DNA from: Patescibacteria group bacterium
Lineage (GTDB): Bacteria; Patescibacteriota; Minisyncoccia; Moranbacterales; DUUL01
NCBI GenBank assembly: GCA_034658815.1
Contig: JAYEFY010000030.1
Span: 3,337-67,336 of the forward strand
Length of the DNA: 64,000 bases
Reading direction: 5' to 3'
The notes below the pieces were generated by a model that had not been told where the DNA came from, made no database searches, and saw only the letters and a program-made list of their open reading frames with translations. How positions within the stretch are numbered: the first letter of the stretch is position 1; every line of letters begins with the position of its first letter. This document shows, piece by piece, positions 1-8,172 of the stretch. The position numbers and the translations under genes are program-made.

Positions 1-819
1 AGTATTAGTTGGTATGACGCGAAAAAGAATATATTTAACAAGGCTTGGGCATTTCGAAATAAAGAATGGATTAAAATTGATGCTCCGATTCAGCCGGATA
101 TGATATTTGATAAAACCGCGGGAAAGTACGACTACGAATTGTATGATGCAAAACAAAGGGCTTCCAGAAATGTGTTGTTTTTTAATCATCCAACGTTCAA
201 AACTTTATTAAGCAGCAAGCTTTCCCAGTACCTTATCTTTGAAGAATTTATGGCAAAGTCTTTTATTGCGGAAAGTGCTGCTGAGCTTGTAAATGTTTGT
301 AAAGAAATTTCAAGTGAAACAGTTGTCGTTAAGCCACTGCATGGTTCAGGAGGGGAAGGTATTGTTATTGGCAAAAAAAGAGAAATTGATCTGAATAGTT
401 TAAAATACCCGGTACTCATTCAGGAATTCATAAAAAACATAAATGGGGTGCCCGGATTTTCCAAAAAAAACACAATAGCCGATCTTCGCTTAGTATACAT
501 TGATTCAAAGCGTATTTATGCCGTATCAAGAACAGCGAAAGCCGGATCTTTTTTCACGAATTTTCATCAAGGAGCAACCGGGAAATCGGTTCCCGAGCAT
601 TTTATACCTGAAAGCGCTGATAAGATGGCTCAAAAAATAGTGCGAAAGCTTTCAATATTTTCAGATACCTACTATTCATTGGATTTTATTTTCAATGAGA
701 ATGATAAGCCGATTTTAGTTGAAATTAATACAACCCCGGGACTTGATTTGCTCTACGCAATCGGTGATAAGAAAGCATGGGAACGAAATTTTGATGCTTT
801 TTTGACTATTCTTAAATAG
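1..819 (+). CDS. ATP-grasp family ligase (RimK/GshB-like), probably 5'-partial
   Basis: ORF 100..819. It carries the ATP-grasp motif VVVKPLHGSGGEGIVIG and LVEINTTPGL. The frame is open back to position 1 with no stop, and a 239 aa protein is short for an ATP-grasp enzyme, so the N-terminus probably lies upstream of the window. Confidence 0.5.
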   Translation, partial: SISWYDAKKNIFNKAWAFRNKEWIKIDAPIQPDMIFDKTAGKYDYELYDAKQRASRNVLFFNHPTFKTLLSSKLSQYLIFEEFMAKSFIAESAAELVNVCKEISSETVVVKPLHGSGGEGIVIGKKREIDLNSLKYPVLIQEFIKNINGVPGFSKKNTIADLRLVYIDSKRIYAVSRTAKAGSFFTNFHQGATGKSVPEHFIPESADKMAQKIVRKLSIFSDTYYSLDFIFNENDKPILVEINTTPGLDLLYAIGDKKAWERNFDAFLTILK

Positions 820-847
820 TCATAAAGTTAAAAGCTAATTTGCGTTT

Positions 848-2302
848 ATGAAAACTTCGGTTGAAAAAATTTCCTCGATTACTGACGTAAAAAAAATATT
901 AGCTGAGCACAATGTCAAAATATATGGAATTGGCGGACTTCCGACTACCAGAAGTGAAATTTGGCCGCTTATAGATGATTTCGAATTGATATGCGCGAAC
1001 AAAACAGGGGAATTCGAATCGGTTGCGCGAAAAGTAAAAATAAAATATTTTCAATTTTCGAAAACAAAGTTTGTAAAAAAACCGGATAAGATCTTATCGG
1101 ATAAGAAGGTCATTCGATACATAAAGGAAGGATCAAAAGGCAAAAAAGTCGGGATCTATGTCTTAAGGCCAACAGAAAAAATACACGAAATATGCAATAA
1201 AAACGGCTGGACATTGATCGCAAATTCTGAAAAATTATATAACAAACTGGAAGACAGATTGGAATTTTTTAAGATCTTAAAGAAAATCGGTCTTGACAAA
1301 GAATTTTGTGTTTTAAAATTATCAAAATTTGAGAAAAAAATTGACTCGTTGCTTAAAAAATTTGGAAATAAAATCGTAGTCCAGTTTTTGAGTGGAGGAG
1401 GAGGTATCGGTACTTTTTTTATAACCGGTAATGAGGATAAAAGAACCGTTATTGATGAAATTAGAAAACGCATAGAAATCGCGAAAAATACAGACAAGAA
1501 TCCGAAATTGATCGTAAGTAAATTTATTGAGGGCTCATCAGTCAGTGTCAGTGGATGCGTAACAAAAGACAATGGAATCTTAACTACCCATGCTCAATAT
1601 CAGCTTATTGATATCAACGAGTCCGTAAAGGGAAAAGATGACGCGCAGGGTGTTTTTTGCGGCAATGATTGGGAATATTCAAATAGAATTTCTTACTCGG
1701 TGCACAATGAGGCGGAAAAGATAACGAAAAAAGTCGGGAAGGAAATAAAAAAAAGAGGGTATCTCGGAATATTCGGTATTGATTTTATGTTGGACAAGGA
1801 AAGGAAGAAGCTGGTACCCATTGAGTTGAATCCGCGATTACTGGGAACGCTTCCGGTAATTGTTTATGTACAGCTTGATAAAAAAGAGGTGCCAATTGTT
1901 GCTTTTCATCTGCTGGAATTTCTTAAAATTCCGTACTCAATAAAAAATAAAAGTGTTTATAAAAAAGATCGCAAGCGCGCGGGAACACATCTGATAATTT
2001 TCAATCCGCTAAAGCGCAAGATCAGGTTCAAAAAAGATATTCCAGGCGGTGTTTATAAAATAAGCAACGGCAGTCTGATATTTGTTCGTAAAGGAGTGGA
2101 AATGGAAGATCTAAGGAGAGACAACGAATTTATTTTGACTGATGGTGTGCCGGTGAAAGGTTTTTCGTACAGTAAGAACAGGAAAATTTTAAGGATAATC
2201 ACGAAAAGATCAATTGCGACAAATGGCGGCGGAGCGCTGAATAAGCGGGGAAGGAACATTGCCGAAAAAACAATTGAGTATATAAAGAATAATGCCATCT
2301 AA
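848..2302 (+). CDS. ATP-grasp domain protein (PurK/CPSase-like nucleotide-binding fold) with C-terminal extension
   Basis: Motifs KIVVQFLSGGGGIGTFFI and IELNPRLLG. Tightly spaced with the neighbouring ATP-grasp genes. Confidence 0.5.
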   Translation: MKTSVEKISSITDVKKILAEHNVKIYGIGGLPTTRSEIWPLIDDFELICANKTGEFESVARKVKIKYFQFSKTKFVKKPDKILSDKKVIRYIKEGSKGKKVGIYVLRPTEKIHEICNKNGWTLIANSEKLYNKLEDRLEFFKILKKIGLDKEFCVLKLSKFEKKIDSLLKKFGNKIVVQFLSGGGGIGTFFITGNEDKRTVIDEIRKRIEIAKNTDKNPKLIVSKFIEGSSVSVSGCVTKDNGILTTHAQYQLIDINESVKGKDDAQGVFCGNDWEYSNRISYSVHNEAEKITKKVGKEIKKRGYLGIFGIDFMLDKERKKLVPIELNPRLLGTLPVIVYVQLDKKEVPIVAFHLLEFLKIPYSIKNKSVYKKDRKRAGTHLIIFNPLKRKIRFKKDIPGGVYKISNGSLIFVRKGVEMEDLRRDNEFILTDGVPVKGFSYSKNRKILRIITKRSIATNGGGALNKRGRNIAEKTIEYIKNNAI

Positions 2303-3317
2303 GCACATGAAAAAAATTGATCCCAAACTGAACAAATATATCAAAGCACTGGGCAGAATGTCAGAAAAAGAATTAATAATTCGCATGATCAAGCTGGGCG
2401 CTGACATAGAACTTGTTTCAAAAAAGAACCAGCTTTTAAAAATAAAACACAAGGGCAAGAAGAAATACATGATCCTTAATAGATTTTATTTTAACACTAT
2501 TTCAAGCATTATACTCACTAAAAACAAAGAACTCACTAAGATAATATTGGAAGATAATAATTTTAGTATCCCAAGAGGAATAACCGCAAGTGATTTTACA
2601 AACGCAAAAAGAAAGATCAAAGACAACGGTATTGAGTTCCCATTGGTCATAAAGCCGCTTGACGGGATTAAATCGAAAGGTGTGTTCATGAACATTGAAA
2701 ATTTTGCCCGGCTTCAAAGATCGATCGTGGAACTCAGAAACAAGTTCATCGGAAAACAGGACAGCTTTATCGTGGAAGAGGTCGTGCCAGGGAATAATTT
2801 TAGAATTTCAGTGCTGAATGGAAAAATGATCGCGTGCGCGCAAAGAATTCCTGCTCATATTGTCGGAGATGGAAAAATGACAATTAGAGCTCTTATAGAA
2901 AAACACAATAAGCGCGCGGTTAAAACTGTCGGTATTTTTAAAATTCGCATAGATAAGGAAGTCCGTGAAAAATCAAAGCTTGAAAAATTAAGCATGGACT
3001 CTGTGCCGGAAAAAAACAGATTAGTTATATTTAGAGATATTGCCAGTATGGCAACTGGCGGCACGGCGATTGATAAAACAGGTAAAGTCAGCCCGTTTTT
3101 TAAAGAAATTGTTGAAAGCGCCGCAAATATTTTTGGTTTGAATCGAGCCGGTATTGATCTGATAACGGAAGACATTTCTTCAAATGACCCGAAGGCAAAA
3201 TACGCTATCATTGAACTGAACAGTGATCCGGGGATAATGTTTCATGGAAAGCCGGTAATAATCGGAAGAGGCGTGGATGTCGTGAAGAAAACTTTTTTAG
3301 CGTATATGAATTGTTAA
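2292..3317 (+). CDS. cyanophycin-synthetase-like ATP-grasp ligase (standalone CphA N-domain homolog)
   Basis: Matches remembered CphA N-terminal ATP-grasp blocks: FSIPRG, PLVIKPLDGxxxxGV, VLNGKMIACAQRIPAHIVGDG, ATGGTAID, GLNRAGIDLITEDIS and IIELNSDPG. It lacks the C-terminal Mur-ligase-like half. Overlaps the upstream gene by 11 nt. Confidence 0.6.
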   Translation: MPSKHMKKIDPKLNKYIKALGRMSEKELIIRMIKLGADIELVSKKNQLLKIKHKGKKKYMILNRFYFNTISSIILTKNKELTKIILEDNNFSIPRGITASDFTNAKRKIKDNGIEFPLVIKPLDGIKSKGVFMNIENFARLQRSIVELRNKFIGKQDSFIVEEVVPGNNFRISVLNGKMIACAQRIPAHIVGDGKMTIRALIEKHNKRAVKTVGIFKIRIDKEVREKSKLEKLSMDSVPEKNRLVIFRDIASMATGGTAIDKTGKVSPFFKEIVESAANIFGLNRAGIDLITEDISSNDPKAKYAIIELNSDPGIMFHGKPVIIGRGVDVVKKTFLAYMNC

Positions 3318-3412
3318 GAATTGATTAAATATTCAACAAAGATCGATAGAAAGAAGAAATAAATTGTCGGATCTTCCGTAAAATAAAGCAAGGATGAATA
3401 ACCAAAAGAAAA

Positions 3413-6094
3413 ATGATTGACATTAAGATAAAAATAGCCATACTGTTGATTGTCATTTATTTTCTTGGCAAGCTGATTATAATTAATGAACTTGGCATGA
3501 AAAAGAAAAAAACGAGTAGATCAACGCTGAAGAAAAGCACATTATTGAAATCCAAAAGACCGAAAAAGTTGAAAAAATATAAAAAGTTGAAACTTTTTTT
3601 GATCATTGTTGGAATATCCATGGTCATAGGTATCTTCGGAGTTGTTGGATTATTCATATATTACGCAAAAGATCTTCCTGATCCTGAGAAAGTAAACAGG
3701 CGGGTAATTGCCGAATCGACTAAAATATTTGATAGAACCGGCGAGCATCTTCTTTATGAGATCCATGGCGAGGAAAAAAGAACTATTATTCCGATAGAAG
3801 AAATTCCAGGCACAGTCAGATACGCGACAATTGTTCTTGAAGATCAGATGTTCTATTCACACCACGGGATTGATTTTCGCGGAATTTTACGTGCCGTTAT
3901 GAAAGATGTGCTAAAACGCGAGGCCAGCCAGGGAGGCTCGACTATTACCCAGCAATTCATAAAAAACTCAATTCTCACATCCGAAAAAAAGCTTTCAAGA
4001 AAGATCAAAGAAGTAATACTGGCAATCGAAATTGAGCAGAAATTTGGAAAGGATGACATTTTAAGGATGTACTTGAATGAAATTCCTTACGGTTCAAATG
4101 CCTATGGAATCGAAGCGGCCGCGCAGACATTTTTTGGAGTTCACGCAAAAGAATTAACACTGGTGCAATCAGCGCTTCTGGCATCTCTCCCAAAGGCTCC
4201 AACCTACTATTCTCCCCATGGCTCGCACATAGACAGGCTTCTGTCAAGATGGCGGCACACGCTTGATCAAATGGCTAACCTTGGATATATAACGAAGGAA
4301 CAGGCCGAGGATGCCAAAAACGAAGATATTTTAGCGCAGGTGAAAACATTTAAGGCTGATATAAAAGCGCCTCATTTTGTTCTTTACGTGAAAGAAAAAT
4401 TAGTTGAAGAGTTCGGAGAGGATAAAATTGAAAAGCAGGGACTGAAAGTCATCACCACGCTCGACTGGGATATGCAGCAGCTTGGCGAAAAAGTTATACG
4501 GGAAGGTGTTGAAGAAAACGGAGGCAGGTATGGATTTTCAAACTCTGCTCTAGTGGCTATAAATCCAAAGAACGGACAAGTCCTGGCCATGGTCGGTTCA
4601 AAAGATTATTTTAATGAATCAATTGACGGCAATGTCAATGTTGCCATTCGTCTTCGCCAACCGGGATCATCGTTTAAGCCATATGTTTATGCCCAAGCGT
4701 TTCGCGAGGGCTATCGGCCCGAAACCGTGCTTTTTGATGTTGAAACGGAATTTTCAACGAGTAGCGAGAACAAATACAAGCCTCAAAATTATGATGGATC
4801 ATTTCACGGGCCGGTCAAAATGAAAAACGCGCTGGCAAGGTCGTTGAATATTCCGGCAGTAAAAACACTATATCTTGCCGGTGTAAAAGATTCGATAAAA
4901 CTTGCCAAAGCAATGGGCATTACCTCATTGGATCATCCAAGCAGATATGGATTGGCGCTTGTTCTTGGCGGCGGTGAAGTAAAACTTATTGACCATGTGG
5001 CCGCGTTTTCCGTATTTGCGAATGAAGGGATAAAACATGACCAAAGAGTCATTTTAAAGATTGAGGATAATAATGGCAATATTCTGAATGACTATTCAAA
5101 GTCTGAAGGAAAGCGCGTTCTGGAACAAGAAGTCGCGCTTCAAATTTGTAGTATTTTATCAGATAACAAACTTCGTTCTCCGGCATTTGGCGCGAATAAC
5201 GTGCTGGTTATTCCGGGCAAGACAGTAATGGGCAAGACCGGAACGACAAATGAGTATCGTGACGGATGGCTTGTTGGTTCGTCGCCGTCACTGGCCGCGG
5301 GCGTATGGTCGGGAAATAATGACAATACCGCGATGAAAGCCGGAGCTGCCGGTGTAAATGTCTCCGGACCGACATGGCATAAATTTATGGAGGAAGCGCT
5401 GAAAAACTATCAAGATGAAAAATTTGCCAAGCCGAAGAAACTTGAAAAAACGGACAAACCGGTTCTTGATGGAACGATGAAAATTGTGGATAAGGTGAAG
5501 GTTTGCAAATATAATGATGGAAAATATTGTCTTGCTAATAGCAAATGTCCTGAAAAGAAGGTGAAAAAGAAGAAATATTTTGTCGCGCACAATATTTTGC
5601 ATTATATCGACAAGAATGATCCGCTTGGCGACCAGCCAAAACGTCCAAAAGATGACCCGCAATACAAAAAATGGGAAAGGGCGGTTGAAAGGTGGGGAGA
5701 AAAAAAAGCTGATGGAAAAGGCCGTGATCCCGTGCCTCAAGAAGAATGCAAGGCAAAATATTTCTCTTCTGATTTTTCAAACGTGAAAATTGCTTTTCCA
5801 ACGGATGGAGAGATCATCAATAACCAAATAATAAATATTGAGGCCAGCATTTTTGGTGACGCGAAAATTAAGCAAGTTGACTTTTTTTTCGACGGGGACA
5901 ATATTGGATCGAGAACAAAAACACCATATGAGATAAGCTACACGATCCCTGAATCAAAGAATTATGGAACTTCAATAATAAGGGTAAAAATATACAATGA
6001 AGAAGGCGGCAGTGACGAAGATGAAGTTGAAATTGCCATTGAAATCCCGGACAGCGAATTCAGCGCGGTTTACTCGGCTAATAAGTGGGTGTGA
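3413..6094 (+). CDS. mrcA: penicillin-binding protein 1A (bifunctional transglycosylase/transpeptidase) with Lys/Cys-rich C-terminal extension
   Basis: GT51 motifs EDQMFYSHHGID and RxxxxQGGSTITQQ. Transpeptidase SSFKP (SxxK). One N-terminal TM helix. An alternative start lies at M(3497) MKKKKTSRS. Confidence 0.85.
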   Translation: MIDIKIKIAILLIVIYFLGKLIIINELGMKKKKTSRSTLKKSTLLKSKRPKKLKKYKKLKLFLIIVGISMVIGIFGVVGLFIYYAKDLPDPEKVNRRVIAESTKIFDRTGEHLLYEIHGEEKRTIIPIEEIPGTVRYATIVLEDQMFYSHHGIDFRGILRAVMKDVLKREASQGGSTITQQFIKNSILTSEKKLSRKIKEVILAIEIEQKFGKDDILRMYLNEIPYGSNAYGIEAAAQTFFGVHAKELTLVQSALLASLPKAPTYYSPHGSHIDRLLSRWRHTLDQMANLGYITKEQAEDAKNEDILAQVKTFKADIKAPHFVLYVKEKLVEEFGEDKIEKQGLKVITTLDWDMQQLGEKVIREGVEENGGRYGFSNSALVAINPKNGQVLAMVGSKDYFNESIDGNVNVAIRLRQPGSSFKPYVYAQAFREGYRPETVLFDVETEFSTSSENKYKPQNYDGSFHGPVKMKNALARSLNIPAVKTLYLAGVKDSIKLAKAMGITSLDHPSRYGLALVLGGGEVKLIDHVAAFSVFANEGIKHDQRVILKIEDNNGNILNDYSKSEGKRVLEQEVALQICSILSDNKLRSPAFGANNVLVIPGKTVMGKTGTTNEYRDGWLVGSSPSLAAGVWSGNNDNTAMKAGAAGVNVSGPTWHKFMEEALKNYQDEKFAKPKKLEKTDKPVLDGTMKIVDKVKVCKYNDGKYCLANSKCPEKKVKKKKYFVAHNILHYIDKNDPLGDQPKRPKDDPQYKKWERAVERWGEKKADGKGRDPVPQEECKAKYFSSDFSNVKIAFPTDGEIINNQIINIEASIFGDAKIKQVDFFFDGDNIGSRTKTPYEISYTIPESKNYGTSIIRVKIYNEEGGSDEDEVEIAIEIPDSEFSAVYSANKWV

Positions 6095-6099
6095 TCTAA

Positions 6100-6300
6100 A
6101 AATTTTAAGCACCGCGCTTTTTCTTTTTTGTTCATCCCTTCCTTGAAAAAGATGGGATGAAATGAAAGAACCAATTGGCTTTCCCCTCCTTGGATAAGGA
6201 AGGGGTGCTCCCGCTTAGCCAGAGCGGGGTGGTTGGAGAGCGTTCCGCGCCTGGAGCGAACCTTCGATCCCGAGCGTTCGGGATTTATTAGTTTTCCGCA
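6100..6300 (+). ncRNA. unassigned GC-rich structured element (candidate small RNA; identity and strand unresolved)
   Basis: About 200 bp at roughly 50% GC in a roughly 33% GC intergenic region. It contains several perfect hairpins (TCATCCC..GGGATGA, CCCGCT-tagccag-AGCGGG, CGAAC..GTTCG). No credible ORF. I could not match it to tmRNA, SRP or RNase P by eye. Confidence 0.25.
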
Positions 6301-6366
6301 AAGCAACCTTTGTTCTACAAAAAATTATTTGACGGGACAAATCTTGCAAACTTTCCAATTCCGCAT

Positions 6367-6394
6367 ATGACATTTTATGTTTAAGTGGTATAAT
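6367..6394 (+). promoter_or_regulatory. sigma70-like promoter with extended -10 (ATGACA-N16-TGgTATAAT) upstream of plsC
   Basis: The sequence atgacattttatgtttaagTGgTATAAT lies about 60 nt upstream of the ATG at 6454. Confidence 0.3.
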
Positions 6395-6453
6395 AAGGCG
6401 GTTGCGCGATAATATTAAAAAGGGAGTAAAAGGATTATTATAATGAGAATACT

Positions 6454-7143
6454 ATGCCCTACAAAATAAAAAATTATCTGTCAAAATTCATTCTTCATGT
6501 GAATCAGCGAGTTTTTTATTACACGTTTCTTTATTGGTTAAGACATTTGTTTCGAACTGACGTTCTGCATATTAATGAGCTCACAAAGAGACTTGATCGT
6601 CCGATTGTGGTCGTTTCAAACCATATTTCGAGATGGGATCCGTTTCTAATTCTCTCATCAATGCGCAGGAGCTTTTATTTTAGAAATTTAGTGTGGCGAA
6701 TTCCGGCTTACCACGGATTTTTCGGAAGACTGAAGTATATTCATTTTCAAATGCTTTTTTTATTTTTAGGTGTTTATCCGATAGGAGGAAAAGGAAGTAT
6801 AGAAAAAAAGCTTGAAAACACAATCAATTTACTTAAAAACGGCCATAGCACGGTTTTTTTCCCTGAAGGAAAAAGGGCGGTTGCCGGAGAAAAGACGAAA
6901 CCCAAAAATGGGATCGGGTATGTGATCAGTCATCAAGATGTATATATCTTGCCGGTTAACGTCCAATACTCAAAAAGAAAACAATGCGGGCTGGGGATAA
7001 AGATCAACAGCAAAGCCCGAGTGGTATTCGGCAAAATTTACAAATCTGAATATTTTCGAGAAAAATATGATGAAAATGCAATATACCATGGTGTTATGGG
7101 ATCGGTTTTTGAATTGGAGAATACACTTAGGCCGACTTCATGA
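6454..7143 (+). CDS. plsC: 1-acyl-sn-glycerol-3-phosphate acyltransferase
   Basis: The HxxxxD acyltransferase motif (VVSNHISRWDP) and FPEGKR block. Confidence 0.75.
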   Translation: MPYKIKNYLSKFILHVNQRVFYYTFLYWLRHLFRTDVLHINELTKRLDRPIVVVSNHISRWDPFLILSSMRRSFYFRNLVWRIPAYHGFFGRLKYIHFQMLFLFLGVYPIGGKGSIEKKLENTINLLKNGHSTVFFPEGKRAVAGEKTKPKNGIGYVISHQDVYILPVNVQYSKRKQCGLGIKINSKARVVFGKIYKSEYFREKYDENAIYHGVMGSVFELENTLRPTS

Positions 7144-7241
7144 AAGTAGAATAGAATATTACACGATTAGATTGTTTGAGATTAAATAATTGGTTGGAGT
7201 AAAATTTAGCAGCAGGCACATAAACTATGTAAGACATAAAT

Positions 7242-8165
7242 ATGCAAAAAGAATATTTTGTAAAAGAAAAAAAGTGTCCCATTTTATTCCTCTTTTTTCT
7301 TCACTTGGTTTCTTTTTGGGCATTGGTAAAATATATTGTTTTACATTTTTTATTTAAGCTAGATACGAAGAAAATAAGAGGAAAGTTTTATGGAAGTTTG
7401 TGGGTAGATCGTTTCAGTTCGTTTAATAGGGGGATAAGATTAAATGCGACAAATTGGAAAGCTCTTGATTCTTTATATAATTACCAAGAAAAAATGAAAG
7501 GATGCGGACTTGTAGAAAGATTCTTTAGTGGCTTTTGGACTAATATGGAAAATTTTCATGCTATAAATAATAGAGCGGAAAAGGTAACAATGATAATAAA
7601 GAAAGAGCTTCAAAAAAATTTTAATAGACAAGAAGTCGGAGAGATCAATGTACTTTCGATAGCTTCAGGCTCCGCGCAGCCATTATTAGAAGCTATAAGA
7701 TCTTTTAGTAGCAAACAACAACAAAGAATAAATTTGACACTTTTAGATTTAGACAAGTCAGCTCTTGATAATAGCAAGGCTTTGTTTGCGGAGTTTAAAA
7801 TAAAAAGCAATCTAAAAACAATAAAAGACTCTGCTCATAACCTAGAAAAATTATTTAATAAAAGAAATTTTGATATAATTGAAATGGTGGGTTTTCTGGA
7901 TTATAGACCAAAATTACGAGCAATTTGCTTAATAAAAAAAATCAAAAAATTAATGAAAAAGCAAGGGATTTTTTTAACGTGCAATATTTATCCTAATAAG
8001 GAAAAATATTTTTTAGACTGGGTGCTACTTTGGCCAATGATTTATAGAAAAAAAGAATTTAAGGAAATATTATTAAAAAGCGGGTTCAAAGATAAGAATA
8101 TTAAAATAATATTTACTCAGTTTACAATACACCAATTGGCTATTTGCTATAACAGAAATAAATAA
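7242..8165 (+). CDS. class I SAM-dependent methyltransferase-like protein with N-terminal TM segment
   Basis: Motif I-like VLSIASGSAQ, acidic LLDLD and FDIIEMVGFLDY. Confidence 0.4.
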   Translation: MQKEYFVKEKKCPILFLFFLHLVSFWALVKYIVLHFLFKLDTKKIRGKFYGSLWVDRFSSFNRGIRLNATNWKALDSLYNYQEKMKGCGLVERFFSGFWTNMENFHAINNRAEKVTMIIKKELQKNFNRQEVGEINVLSIASGSAQPLLEAIRSFSSKQQQRINLTLLDLDKSALDNSKALFAEFKIKSNLKTIKDSAHNLEKLFNKRNFDIIEMVGFLDYRPKLRAICLIKKIKKLMKKQGIFLTCNIYPNKEKYFLDWVLLWPMIYRKKEFKEILLKSGFKDKNIKIIFTQFTIHQLAICYNRNK

Positions 8166-8172
8166 GCTTCGT

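Noticed and set aside
1156-1572. Antisense ORFs inside genes (also 2053-2470, 5288-5801, 11908-12279, 15082-15510, 43028-43334, 52177-52668, 61775-62203 and others)
   Set aside because: Shadow ORFs on the opposite strand of confidently assigned genes. Low-complexity translations.
3413-3496. Extended N-terminus of PBP1A (MIDIKIKIAILLIVIYF..)
   Set aside because: A hydrophobic, poorly protein-like extension. The true start is likely M at 3497. Left in the feature span but flagged.
6070-6306. 78-aa minus-strand ORF
   Set aside because: It lies wholly within the GC-rich hairpin island. Its composition, not coding, explains the open frame.
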